Origin: a virus
Lineage: Duplodnaviria > Caudoviricetes
IMG/VR virus record: IMGVR_UViG_3300046001_005126
Location: 1-55,725 of that record
Length of the DNA stretch: 55,725 bases
Reading direction: 5' to 3' (one strand)
Part shown: piece by piece, positions 37,249 through 45,845 of the stretch
How the letters are laid out: each line of letters starts with the position of its first letter
Numbering within the stretch: the stretch's first letter is position 1
The notes under the pieces: generated by a model
The model's input: only the letters and a program-made list of their open reading frames with translations
Database searches by the model: none
What the model was told of the DNA's origin: nothing
Translations under genes and position numbers: made by a program

Positions 37249-37616
37249 TGTCGGAATATCCGGATTGCTACGAGTCCAGCAACGTGCTGTGCAAGCACAG
37301 TCGCGCGACGATCACAGTTTACCTCGACCTGAACAAGAGACTGCCGCCTGACGTAACGGTGTCGAATCCTACGGCAGATCCTGTCGACGCGACACTGACC
37401 ATTACTAATGTGGACACGATCGACGTGGACACAGTTGTCGAATCAGATTCGGGATGCAGTGGGCTCACCCTGATCGCAGGCCGAGCGATTCAAATGACGA
37501 TCGCCGGCGGAGCCTCCTCAGACGACGAATCAATCGTGACGGTCGGCTTCGACATCAGTAACGGCGACGAGGATTATCTGGACTGCCGGATTCTGGTGGG
37601 TGGAGTCGGCGCATAA
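37248..37616 (+). CDS. Hypothetical acidic beta-rich protein (possible fibre adaptor)
   Basis: Last gene of the + strand late operon. Confidence 0.6.
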   Translation: MSEYPDCYESSNVLCKHSRATITVYLDLNKRLPPDVTVSNPTADPVDATLTITNVDTIDVDTVVESDSGCSGLTLIAGRAIQMTIAGGASSDDESIVTVGFDISNGDEDYLDCRILVGGVGA

Positions 37617-37640
37617 AAACGGAGCCATCCTTGGCTCCGC
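37616..37640. terminator. Hairpin between convergent operons
   Basis: aaaa-cggagcca-tcct-tggctccg; the A run gives a U tail on the minus strand. Confidence 0.6.
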
Positions 37641-37657
37641 CGGACTCCGTTCGCGGA

Positions 37658-38488
37658 TTACTCTGCAGCAGAGTCGACGATGTTCAATCGCCCTGCATCA
37701 TGCATCCGCTGCAGTTCTTCCTTGTACTTCTCTTTGATCACGGAAGCCGTCGCAGGATCCAGAGTGCCCGTTCGCTGTGGAACAACGACCGAGTAATCCT
37801 TTCCTGATGCAGACTTCTCAACCTTCAATCCCAATGATACATACGCCATTGTGTGGGGGACGTTAAGCTGCCGGAAAAACTTCCGGATCGGCATGATCGA
37901 CGTTGGCCCAAGCTGGATCCGCAGCGGGAGAGCCTCAGCCTTTCGAAGAACGTAGAGGATCTGATAGTCCTTCGCCTTCTTGCCCTTCGATCCGGCCTTC
38001 GTTGAACTCCCGAACTCGCAGTAAGGCAGTTTGTTCGGGCCATCCCAGTAAAAGTACCGGACGGGATTCCCTTCCGCATCCTCACGCAGGGCTCCGGCTT
38101 CCCGGAGAACGTCTGCCGGCACTTCGTGATTTGGGAGAACATCCTGCATGTCCGCAGGAACTTCCGCCCAGGGGATATTCAGCCGAGCGTACTTCATGTC
38201 GTCAGAGACAAGCACAGGCTTGTCATCGGACGTTTCGTCGGCCTTCCAGAGAATCCCCTTCTGGCAACGGAACACGATCACGCCTTCGATCGCTGCCGTG
38301 GATTCCATCCCGTTAGCGCCGTTGATGGTCCAGAACATTCCACCACCGGACGGAGTTTTGACTCGGGGAAAGTCGGACTCCAGAAATCCTCCGCCATCGC
38401 CGTTTTCCAGCATTGCTGCTGCCAATTCGCTGCCATCGGCAAGAACTGAGAAATCGGACTTCTGATACTGCACGAGTGCTGTGGACAT
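37658..38488 (-). CDS. Putative ssDNA-binding/annealing protein
   Basis: FPRVKTPSGGG, GSSTKAGSKGKKAK, LGPTS motifs; lies with helicase genes; gaaagg RBS. Confidence 0.55.
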   Translation of the reverse strand: MSTALVQYQKSDFSVLADGSELAAAMLENGDGGGFLESDFPRVKTPSGGGMFWTINGANGMESTAAIEGVIVFRCQKGILWKADETSDDKPVLVSDDMKYARLNIPWAEVPADMQDVLPNHEVPADVLREAGALREDAEGNPVRYFYWDGPNKLPYCEFGSSTKAGSKGKKAKDYQILYVLRKAEALPLRIQLGPTSIMPIRKFFRQLNVPHTMAYVSLGLKVEKSASGKDYSVVVPQRTGTLDPATASVIKEKYKEELQRMHDAGRLNIVDSAAE

Positions 38489-38535
38489 TGAACACCTTTC
38501 GAAAGGAAACATTGGGTACTGGCGATTTGCCAGAA

Positions 38536-38600
38536 TTGCGAGCGAGGATTCGAACCTCATTTAGCTTCAAGTCTGCCACCACGCAGAAGTCGACTCGCAA
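38536..38600 (-). ncRNA. tRNA-like element 3 (acceptor stem + canonical T arm, no normal D/anticodon arms)
   Basis: ttgcgagt/gctcgcaa stem; gagg-ttcgaat-cctc T arm; no encoded CCA. Confidence 0.6.
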
Positions 38601-38605
38601 AACAA

Positions 38606-38678
38606 GATCTGATGTTGAATCGAACAGCAATCCACAGTCTGCTTCATGGTCTGTGAATGACGCACCACGTCTCAGATC
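38606..38678 (-). ncRNA. tRNA-like element 2 (73-nt cloverleaf, 13-nt central loop)
   Basis: gatctga/tcagatc stem; gacg/cgtc arm; attcacag/ctgtggat arm; TTCGATT T loop. Confidence 0.55.
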
Positions 38679-38686
38679 GATCCCGC

Positions 38687-38759
38687 AGAAACACGGCAGG
38701 GTACTCTCCTGCATACTGAAATTGCCGTCAGCGTCCTGTAGTTTGAACGACGTGTTTCT
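38687..38759 (-). ncRNA. tRNA-like element 1 (73-nt cloverleaf, non-canonical anticodon and T loops)
   Basis: agaaacacg/cgtgtttct stem; cgttc/ggacg D-like arm; ctga/tcag arm; gcagg-agagtac-cctgc arm. Confidence 0.55.
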
Positions 38760-38773
38760 TTGGAAGACTAACG

Positions 38774-39019
38774 TCAGGCTGTTCTCCAGACCCTGACTTT
38801 CTTTTCGGACTTACCAATCTTCTCGATGCGGAACGACCAGTCTTTGTACTCGTCGTTCTTCTTGAACTGGCGAATGCAGGCATAGACTGTCTGGTACGAC
38901 GCATTGATATCGGCGGCATCGTCAACTTCCATCTGCTGGAAATTGTACTCGCGCGGACGACCGACACGAGCGGGATCCGGAGGAGTCAGCCCTTTGGTAA
39001 TCTTCATTTCAGAACTCAC
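38774..39019 (-). CDS. Small putative DNA-binding protein
   Basis: GRPREYNF..MEV.D ... VRVWR pattern of small phage DNA-binding proteins. Confidence 0.65.
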   Translation of the reverse strand: MSSEMKITKGLTPPDPARVGRPREYNFQQMEVDDAADINASYQTVYACIRQFKKNDEYKDWSFRIEKIGKSEKKVRVWRTA

Positions 39020-39450
39020 GATCTATAAGAGATTCTCGGTTTCTCAATCACCGAGATCAGGTTCAAAACTGAAGGGTCAAGCTGCTCGCCATTCTCTTCG
39101 ATTTCCTTGATCCGCGACCGCAGGGTTGCTGCGTTGTAATCGCGTTTCACAATGTCAGACGTATCAGGGCATTCCGCCAGAGCCTGGATGAATGCCTGCT
39201 TCGCCTCGGCCTTCTGTTCTTCCGTCGCATCCATCGGATACCGGATCGCGTAGAACTTGTCGACTCTGGTGTAAAGAGTCTTCCCGGACTCCAACTTTAT
39301 GCATGGAAGAGTCTCGTCTGCCATCTTATCCAGAAGTTCCTGCTCGAGACTTTCGATCTCGGCAGAGACTTCTTTTGTGTCAGCAGCCGCCTTGTTCTTT
39401 CGATCAAGCAACTTCTCAAACTTTCGAGCCAACTCACCAATACTCGGCAT
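39016..39450 (-). CDS. Coiled-coil phage protein of the replication/recombination module
   Basis: 144 aa charged helical protein; coupled to the next gene. Confidence 0.7.
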   Translation of the reverse strand: MPSIGELARKFEKLLDRKNKAAADTKEVSAEIESLEQELLDKMADETLPCIKLESGKTLYTRVDKFYAIRYPMDATEEQKAEAKQAFIQALAECPDTSDIVKRDYNAATLRSRIKEIEENGEQLDPSVLNLISVIEKPRISYRS

Positions 39451-39560
39451 AAGGTATCCATTTCTAAAACGAAGTCAAGAAAAACTGTAGGTTATTTTAT
39501 TATCGGAATGGTTATCCGCTGCTCACAATGAACAGCGGATGTTCCACACCTCTGTTCAAT

Positions 39561-40976
39561 TCAGAACACATCCTCATCAAACAGGTCCATCAGTAACGCA
39601 TCCACGATGTCCCGCTTTTCCTGCCGAGCCTTGATCAGTTTCTCTTCGACAGTCTTCTTCGCCACAAGGTGGTAATAGATTACGTCCCTCGTTTGCCCAG
39701 GCCGATACTGGCGAGCCATCATCTGATCATAGTCGCCAGGCGACATCAGGCCGGAGTTCAGCGTGATGCCAATGCGAGCGCGAGTCAGGTCGATCCCGGA
39801 ACTCCCGGACTTACACTGCACGCCCATGATGTCGATGTCTTCCGGGTACGTCGCATGCTCGGTGAGATCCTTCCGTGCGCCGGAGATCTCTCCGTATCGT
39901 CGACCGAGTATCTCGCAGCATCGTTTGACGATCGCAAGATCATTCTTAAACCACCCGTAAACACAGACCGGCTCGTCGATGTCCTCGAGCAGATCCAGCA
40001 GCACCTTGCGCTTCTCGGTATCCGTGTCGAGTTCTTCGCCTTCCGTGTCCTTGATGAACCCCTGTGAAAGCTGGAGCAGTCGCAGGAACTGCACAGCGCC
40101 GTTCGATCCGACGGCTGTGCGGATTTCTTCGTGTGTTTCTCCGTTCGCGTTCTCGATGGATCGCTTGATGTCGACCATCGATTCCTTTCTCATCTCGTCA
40201 TACAGCTTCCTGCCTTTTGCGCTGAGGGTAACTTCAATGACGATGTCCTGCTTGTCGGGCAGGACCAGAACCTCTGGGCCGATGTAGTACCGGAAGGTAG
40301 AGATCTTTGCGTTCATCCGGTCGAGGTTGACCCATCGGTCGACCTTCTGCGGAATGTACGGATTCATGATCGCGTATTCGTTCTTGAATGCGCCCCAGTA
40401 TTTGCCGAAGATCTGGTCGTTCAGGAAGCGGGCCTGGCCGAAGATGTTGCCGGGATTGTTTGGCATCGGCGTTCCGGTAAGACCCGTCTTCGACCCAGCG
40501 CGAGACCCGAGTTTCCATGCATGCTTGCTGCAGGCCGCTGAAGCCGACATCAGTCGATGCGACTCGTCAGCAACGATCTTCTCCCATGTGAACGACGAGA
40601 ACACTTTCAGAAGTTCTGGTCGCCAGAAGGATTCGTAGGTCACGACGAACACGATCGGTCTTTGATGCGATCGCTGGAGGTTAATGGACGTTGCGACAAG
40701 CAATGCTTTGTCCTTGGACGAACCTTTGTCCAGTACGATTACGTCGAACTCTTCAGGGGCATGCTTGAAGAACTCTCTTCTCCAAACCCCGAGGACCGCT
40801 GAGGGGCAGAGGATGATGGTACGCTTCGTTCCAGTCGTGGAAATCTTGCGCATGTGGGAGACTGCCATGTAGCTCTTTCCGCCCCCCATAATACAATCAA
40901 GAAGACTGTACCTAGTGTGGTCAAGGAATTCTATCGCTTTTGGTTGGTGATTCCAAGTCTGCTTTTGATCAATCAT
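39561..40976 (-). CDS. SNF2-like (SF2) helicase
   Basis: MGGGKS, DESH, LTGTP, GIDLT, RQYRPGQ. Confidence 0.92.
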   Translation of the reverse strand: MIDQKQTWNHQPKAIEFLDHTRYSLLDCIMGGGKSYMAVSHMRKISTTGTKRTIILCPSAVLGVWRREFFKHAPEEFDVIVLDKGSSKDKALLVATSINLQRSHQRPIVFVVTYESFWRPELLKVFSSFTWEKIVADESHRLMSASAACSKHAWKLGSRAGSKTGLTGTPMPNNPGNIFGQARFLNDQIFGKYWGAFKNEYAIMNPYIPQKVDRWVNLDRMNAKISTFRYYIGPEVLVLPDKQDIVIEVTLSAKGRKLYDEMRKESMVDIKRSIENANGETHEEIRTAVGSNGAVQFLRLLQLSQGFIKDTEGEELDTDTEKRKVLLDLLEDIDEPVCVYGWFKNDLAIVKRCCEILGRRYGEISGARKDLTEHATYPEDIDIMGVQCKSGSSGIDLTRARIGITLNSGLMSPGDYDQMMARQYRPGQTRDVIYYHLVAKKTVEEKLIKARQEKRDIVDALLMDLFDEDVF

Positions 40977-41506
40977 CGATTCTCACCATGCATATCAGAA
41001 AAACCATACTTCTTTTCAGCGGATTTCCTCGCGGCTACTGCATCATTTATATCTCGATACAAGCCGAGGCCGATTTCTTTTCCGTCGATATGAATTCTAG
41101 CTTGCCACATCTTCCCAGCCTTATGCCACCGAACACCAGTGTGTCCGCTCTTAGGATTCCTCTTCTTCAGGTTCATTGCGTTCTGCTGGTTGGTAACCTC
41201 CCGGAGATTGTCAATCCTGTTGTTCAATCCGTTTCCGTCCTTGTGGTCTATTTGCATTGCAGGCCAACGACCGTAATGCAGAAGCCAAGCAACGCGATGG
41301 GACATAAATGGCGTGTGCTTAATAGACAGAGATCTATAAGTCATCCCATCAGAATCAGTTCTTTCTGCTCCAGCTTCTTCTCCGACATTCTTTCCCATCC
41401 AATAACATCGACGAAGAATCAACCCAGTCTCCGCATGGTAAAAGAAAAGCCTTCTCGCCTCTTCAGCGACTTCTTCGGTCTCTCTTTCCGCCGGTGTCTT
41501 TCTCAT
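40973..41506 (-). CDS. HNH endonuclease with AP2-like domain
   Basis: SHRVAW, IDHKDGNGLNNRIDNLR, SGHTGV.W..WQARI. Confidence 0.92.
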   Translation of the reverse strand: MRKTPAERETEEVAEEARRLFFYHAETGLILRRCYWMGKNVGEEAGAERTDSDGMTYRSLSIKHTPFMSHRVAWLLHYGRWPAMQIDHKDGNGLNNRIDNLREVTNQQNAMNLKKRNPKSGHTGVRWHKAGKMWQARIHIDGKEIGLGLYRDINDAVAARKSAEKKYGFSDMHGENR

Positions 41507-41751
41507 CCCTTCCTCCTCTTCCCCTGTTCAATAATCCGGTCCTTCTTACTCTTCGCGGCCCTCTTCTTGGCCTGCGCCAACATGCGATCCAACTGGCCGA
41601 CGAACTCCGGGTTGCGATCGACCGCCCATTTGCGGACGTTCAGATTCACTTCCGGATGAACTCCGCCAGCGCAGGAGTTCAGTCCATAAATGAAAACCCG
41701 GATAATGTCGTCAACATGCTCATCCGGCACTGCAAAGACTTCACTGCCCAT
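41503..41751 (-). CDS. Hypothetical protein
   Basis: ATG at 41751 overlaps the csrA stop; MGSEVFAVPDEH... Confidence 0.6.
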   Translation of the reverse strand: MGSEVFAVPDEHVDDIIRVFIYGLNSCAGGVHPEVNLNVRKWAVDRNPEFVGQLDRMLAQAKKRAAKSKKDRIIEQGKRRKG

Positions 41752-41920
41752 CTTCAGCCTCTTTCTTAATTGCGTCCCAAACTTCCTGCCGATGCACAGC
41801 AATCTCTGCTGGTGCATCAATCCCGATGACGACTTTTCCGGGACTTACTTCGACAACAGTTATGACGATGTTGTCGCCAATCAGAATCTTCTGGTTTTTC
41901 TTCCGTGCAAGTATCAGCAT
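41741..41920 (-). CDS. csrA: Carbon storage regulator CsrA/RsmA homolog, 59 aa (not in ORF track)
   Basis: MLILARKKNQKILIGDNIVITVVEVSPGKVVIGIDAPAEIAVHRQEV follows the CsrA consensus including the HR.E Arg; aaggga RBS. Confidence 0.95.
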   Translation of the reverse strand: MLILARKKNQKILIGDNIVITVVEVSPGKVVIGIDAPAEIAVHRQEVWDAIKKEAEDGQ

Positions 41921-41930
41921 GAAATCCCTT

Positions 41931-42023
41931 TCATCCCAAAAAAGAATCCGGATCCACTCCGTAAACCAGCAGGTTCAGGAACTCAATGAATCCGACCAGT
42001 AAAATCACAGCGATGATCCACAT
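41931..42023 (-). CDS. 30-aa hydrophobic peptide, probably leaderless (not in ORF track)
   Basis: MWIIAVILLVGFIEFLNLLVYGVDPDSFLG; ATG lies 7 nt after a TAGGAT -10. Confidence 0.5.
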   Translation of the reverse strand: MWIIAVILLVGFIEFLNLLVYGVDPDSFLG

Positions 42024-42030
42024 GCGAGGC

Positions 42031-42058
42031 ATCCTACAAAAGTCAAGAGTCGTGTCAA
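42031..42058 (-). promoter_or_regulatory. Sigma70-like promoter for the csrA/helicase operon
   Basis: TTGACA-N16-TAGGAT on the minus strand. Confidence 0.65.
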
Positions 42059-42153
42059 GAAATATTATCGAAAAATTCTAGGACAAGACTTTACTGATTT
42101 TCTGTCGATGGATAGGCTACCATGCCGGAAAACTTTGTTTGAGGAGAATCTCT

Positions 42154-43884
42154 GTGAGTGTTGCGTCCGTTGATGTGCTGCAGTTGGTGGAATTTGGCTT
42201 GTATCCGGTGCGTCTGCATTATCCGGTGTTCGAGCAGGACAGGGTTCTTTGTTCGTGTGGACGCGAGGACTGCAAAGCCCAGGGCAAGCATCCTGTCGGC
42301 AATCAGTGGGGGAAATCCGCCACGCAGGATCCGGAAGTTATCTCGGAACAGTGGGGCGAGAAACCGTGGAACTGCGGGATCATTCTGGGACTGTGCCACG
42401 GCATCCCCGAAGAACAGGCTGTCATCGACATCGAAGATGATACGCTCGAAGGTCGAGCGATGGCAGACGCTCTCCTAGCCGATTACCCAGCGCCGACGTA
42501 TACCTCTGGCAAAAGCCTGCACAGAATTTATCGCTGGTGTTCCGGACTGCCGCCTGTCGCCAATATGACCATCAGCGGTCTCGAGTTTCGCTTCGGAGGC
42601 AAGGGCAAAGAGACTCAGTCCGTCGCGCCGCCATCAATACACCCGAGCGGGAAAACTTACCAGTGGTTGGAGGGTAAATCGCCGTCCGACATCCCGATCG
42701 GGAAGTTGCCGCAGCATGTCGTCGATTACCTGTGCGAGGAGTACGCTCGTCAGGGCTCCGTGGCTCCTCGCGGGGCGTCGACGACGGACGCGACGAAGTT
42801 CCGGTCGCCCATGGGAAAGATCGGGCCTGGCGCTCGTCACCACAGCCTCCTGAAGTATGCGAACAGTTGCTGGCGGGATGCCCTGCTGAAGTACGGGATC
42901 AATGGGCTGGAAGAGCAGGAGGCAATTGATCAGGTGTGGATGTGGCTGGCAGGGGCGAACCTGTTGGTCTGCGATCCGCCGAAGACCGAGGCGGAACTGC
43001 ACGTCATCTTCCAGAGTTCTCAGCGGTTTATGCTGGGCGAGTTCCAGAAGGAAATCGAGGCGAATACGGATCTGACTGACCCGCAGCCGGCAGACAATTC
43101 TGATCGAACGCTGGGCGGGTGGTTGCATCGGCACGGGATCCGGATGGTTGCCGATCCCCGGGTGGAGTCTGGTGCGAAGAGCATCGACCGGATCGACGAG
43201 TGGCAGAGTAACTGGTCGATGAAGTTCGTCACGAAGGCCGACGAGGAACTGGTCGCATTGAAACTCCCGGACATCGACAAGGAGATCCTGATGAAACAGT
43301 TGGAGTTCGAGTCGCCGATGGCAGTGGCGAGGAAGATTCAGACGGAGACGAACGGGAAGTGGCAGTTGTCGCGGACGTTCCCGGTGTGGGAATGGGATTC
43401 GATCTGGAAGGGACGCGCAAACGACAAGAAGCGGGAGAACGGAATCACCCGAGGACTCCGGGAATACCTGTCGAACTCGGCGAAGGTCGAAGAGAAAGTC
43501 GAGAACAGCCTGGCCGAACAGACCGAGTCGCTGATTGCCGGAATGGTCGGGCCAGTCAGTCCGGTGATGGACAAGCTGGACGAAGCCGTCGAACGCGGAC
43601 ACGGGATTCACACATGGACAAGCCGGCTGAAACTCACTCCGATGGGAGACCTCGCAAGCCACAAGGCTCCGGAGGATCCGACGAGTGGCCTGTACGTTCA
43701 CGAGGAGAAAGTGTGGAAGCTGATCAAGTTCGACGAACTCATGAAGCGATACCGAGGCAGTTATGGATCTGGCGTTCCGAGCCGAATGCTGACCGAATGT
43801 ATGGAAAAACTGCGATACCAGAAGAAACACATCAGGTCCGGACCACTCGAAGGACGATGGTATGGGAAAATTGTAGATAAATAG
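42154..43884 (+). CDS. Bifunctional primase-polymerase (Prim-Pol) domain protein
   Basis: CSCG..C...GKHP, N.GI, VIDIE, H..Y, VAPPSIHPSG..Y.W, PriCT-like G.RH; no Walker A in the C-terminal half. Confidence 0.88.
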   Translation: MSVASVDVLQLVEFGLYPVRLHYPVFEQDRVLCSCGREDCKAQGKHPVGNQWGKSATQDPEVISEQWGEKPWNCGIILGLCHGIPEEQAVIDIEDDTLEGRAMADALLADYPAPTYTSGKSLHRIYRWCSGLPPVANMTISGLEFRFGGKGKETQSVAPPSIHPSGKTYQWLEGKSPSDIPIGKLPQHVVDYLCEEYARQGSVAPRGASTTDATKFRSPMGKIGPGARHHSLLKYANSCWRDALLKYGINGLEEQEAIDQVWMWLAGANLLVCDPPKTEAELHVIFQSSQRFMLGEFQKEIEANTDLTDPQPADNSDRTLGGWLHRHGIRMVADPRVESGAKSIDRIDEWQSNWSMKFVTKADEELVALKLPDIDKEILMKQLEFESPMAVARKIQTETNGKWQLSRTFPVWEWDSIWKGRANDKKRENGITRGLREYLSNSAKVEEKVENSLAEQTESLIAGMVGPVSPVMDKLDEAVERGHGIHTWTSRLKLTPMGDLASHKAPEDPTSGLYVHEEKVWKLIKFDELMKRYRGSYGSGVPSRMLTECMEKLRYQKKHIRSGPLEGRWYGKIVDK

Positions 43885-43913
43885 TTGACAAAGTATTTGG
43901 TGGTGGTTAGAGT
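43885..43913 (+). promoter_or_regulatory. Sigma70-like promoter
   Basis: TTGACA-N17-TAGAGT followed by aaggagg RBS and ATG 43933. Confidence 0.72.
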
Positions 43914-43932
43914 GTGCCGAAGGAGGTGCTTT

Positions 43933-44289
43933 ATGAATGAGACAGAAGTTGATCCAGAGATTGTTTCTCTGGCCGCACATGCGTTGAGTTGCGAGTTCAA
44001 GCGGCAGTATGTGAATCTCGTGCAGAAGTTCATTGCTGCTTCTAAGTGCTTTGACGATGACACGCAGCAAGAAGTCGAATGCCGGATCGCAGATGATTCG
44101 AACTGGGCATCAGCCTGCTTTGTTGGGAATGGTCGTACTCCAGAATGCACAGTGAAGATAACTGGAGAGTCCGGCAAAGAATACGAGAGCATGATGGAGG
44201 CTGTTTCTGCAGATCCTCCAGAGCCGATCATGGTTGATGGGGTTAAGTATTTCACATTGAAGAATGGCGAGCTTTACTGGGCTCAATAA
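43933..44289 (+). CDS. Hypothetical protein
   Basis: Perfect aggaggt RBS. Confidence 0.7.
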   Translation: MNETEVDPEIVSLAAHALSCEFKRQYVNLVQKFIAASKCFDDDTQQEVECRIADDSNWASACFVGNGRTPECTVKITGESGKEYESMMEAVSADPPEPIMVDGVKYFTLKNGELYWAQ

Positions 44290-44305
44290 CGAAGGAGAGT
44301 TACCG

Positions 44306-44656
44306 ATGTTCGCAGTGAACCGAAAAGTGGCGTGTACGGGATGTGGTCTTCAGTCTGGTCAGTGGATCTTCGAGGAGTTCATGTTTACCGACGGGATTCT
44401 CGGTGAGGCTGTTGTCAGTTACGAGTGCAAGTACCACCGTCCGGATAAGCGAGACGATGCATTCTTCAGCCTCGGACAGAACACTGGCGAGTTCGAAATC
44501 TGGGACGCGAAGGTCTTCAGCGTCAAGGTTTTCAACGATGACGGCGACGAAATGCCGTTGACCGAGGACGATGTTCTTGCCTGCTCCAAGATGGTCCTGG
44601 GGCGATTCGCGGAGATTGAACGCGATGTTCAGGACTTTGAGATGGGATTGCTGTGA
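44306..44656 (+). CDS. Hypothetical acidic protein
   Basis: gaaggag RBS; CxxC near the N-terminus. Confidence 0.7.
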   Translation: MFAVNRKVACTGCGLQSGQWIFEEFMFTDGILGEAVVSYECKYHRPDKRDDAFFSLGQNTGEFEIWDAKVFSVKVFNDDGDEMPLTEDDVLACSKMVLGRFAEIERDVQDFEMGLL

Positions 44657-45093
44657 CATCCCTCGCCAAACGAAAGATCTTCGACTCGCTGGATCTCACG
44701 CTCGACACGAACGGCGTCGTCTGGGATGGCTCCAAACGCTATCCCTCGACGACGTTCGTCTCGAAGAGACACTCGCTGCCTTACTCTGCTGTTGTCGTCG
44801 AAGGGCAGACGTGGATGATCTGGAAACTCCTGTCAAAGATCTGGTACGAGAACCGGCTGATCCTGACTCGCAGTGGTTCTGTGGCTGCGTGGAAGGCCGA
44901 CGAGACGTTTGTGTTGACAGCCGTCAGTTCGGGAGCGATCACAGATCCCGAAGAGATTCATTTGATTTGGTGCAGATACTGCGCGGGCGTTCCGTGCAGG
45001 GATATGGCACGAGTGACCGGATTGGTCGCGTACTGCCGAGAAGACTTTTACAGCATCGTGAAGGATGTTGTTATGGGAGGAATCAGGGGATGA
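44653..45093 (+). CDS. Hypothetical protein
   Basis: GTGA/ATGA coupling on both sides. Confidence 0.6.
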   Translation: MTSLAKRKIFDSLDLTLDTNGVVWDGSKRYPSTTFVSKRHSLPYSAVVVEGQTWMIWKLLSKIWYENRLILTRSGSVAAWKADETFVLTAVSSGAITDPEEIHLIWCRYCAGVPCRDMARVTGLVAYCREDFYSIVKDVVMGGIRG

Positions 45094-45302
45094 CCGAGAA
45101 AATTAAGTGCAACTTTTCGGATGCGTTTGAGCTTGTCACTGCAACGATCACGATCATTGAACTGGAAGCCATCAGATCGATGATGGATGACGACAAGAAT
45201 AAGATCTTCGAGATCCTCACGGAAGCTTTTGATGACATGAAGAAGCATCTGAAGCGAATCGATCCGATCATGAAGCGTAATCTGAACGCAGGAAACAACT
45301 AA
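45090..45302 (+). CDS. Hypothetical protein
   Basis: MTEKIKCNFS...; ATGA coupling. Confidence 0.6.
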   Translation: MTEKIKCNFSDAFELVTATITIIELEAIRSMMDDDKNKIFEILTEAFDDMKKHLKRIDPIMKRNLNAGNN

Positions 45303-45316
45303 CGGAGTCCCTCGCG

Positions 45317-45577
45317 ATGGATGCGCAGCCAGTACAAACAGCCGAAGAATTCGCTACCGAACTGCATGCTCAGTGGGTTCGTGAATTCGCCCAGAGTCAC
45401 ATGGGCTTCTACGGCGAGCCCGACGATTACTACTACGTCCGCCTCGGAAAACTCGCCAGACTGGCGGGGACGTTTTATCTTTACAGGGATCAGGACGGAG
45501 GCTTCGAAAATGGTATCAAAAACCGTGACCGCGAACTGGAGGTTCCGGGATACGAAGACTTCCGGGATCAAAGCTAA
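45317..45577 (+). CDS. Hypothetical protein
   Basis: ggag RBS; overlaps the next gene by 68 nt. Confidence 0.55.
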   Translation: MDAQPVQTAEEFATELHAQWVREFAQSHMGFYGEPDDYYYVRLGKLARLAGTFYLYRDQDGGFENGIKNRDRELEVPGYEDFRDQS

Positions 45578-45845
45578 AAATCCAAAGGGTGCCTGCAAGC
45601 AGGTCAAAGTTGGCGACGAATTCGGGATGCTGACAATCGTAAAAGAACCATGGAGTGAGCCGCAGAAAAGCGGCGGAACGAACTGGTTCTGCCTGGCCGA
45701 CTGCTCATGCGGAACCAAGGCAAAGAGAATCTGGGTAAAGCAGTTATCGATCAACAAGACAAAAAGCTGCGGGTGCCTGAAGATGCGGAAACATTGGTCC
45801 ATTATGAACGGGAAATCAGGGAGAAAGGAGAAACCGAATGGTTAA
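45510..45845 (+). CDS. Stand-alone CxCG...SCGC domain (as found N-terminal to phage HNH nucleases)
   Basis: GDEFGMLTIV...DCSCG...TKSCGCL; ggagg RBS; no nuclease domain. Confidence 0.7.
   Translation: MVSKTVTANWRFRDTKTSGIKAKNPKGACKQVKVGDEFGMLTIVKEPWSEPQKSGGTNWFCLADCSCGTKAKRIWVKQLSINKTKSCGCLKMRKHWSIMNGKSGRKEKPNG

Noticed and set aside
38313-38714. 133-aa minus-strand ORF and 5' extension of the 37658 gene to 38560
   Set aside because: They overlap the structured RNA array; the better start with an RBS is at 38488.
38536-38759. Functional canonical tRNA genes
   Set aside because: No 7-nt anticodon loop on a 5-bp stem and no CCA, so no anticodon can be assigned; reported as tRNA-like only.
42634-44070. 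478-aa antisense ORF opposite Prim-Pol (likewise 5387-6328 opposite the portal)
   Set aside because: Typical antisense open frames from codon bias in GC-rich genes; no motifs or RBS.
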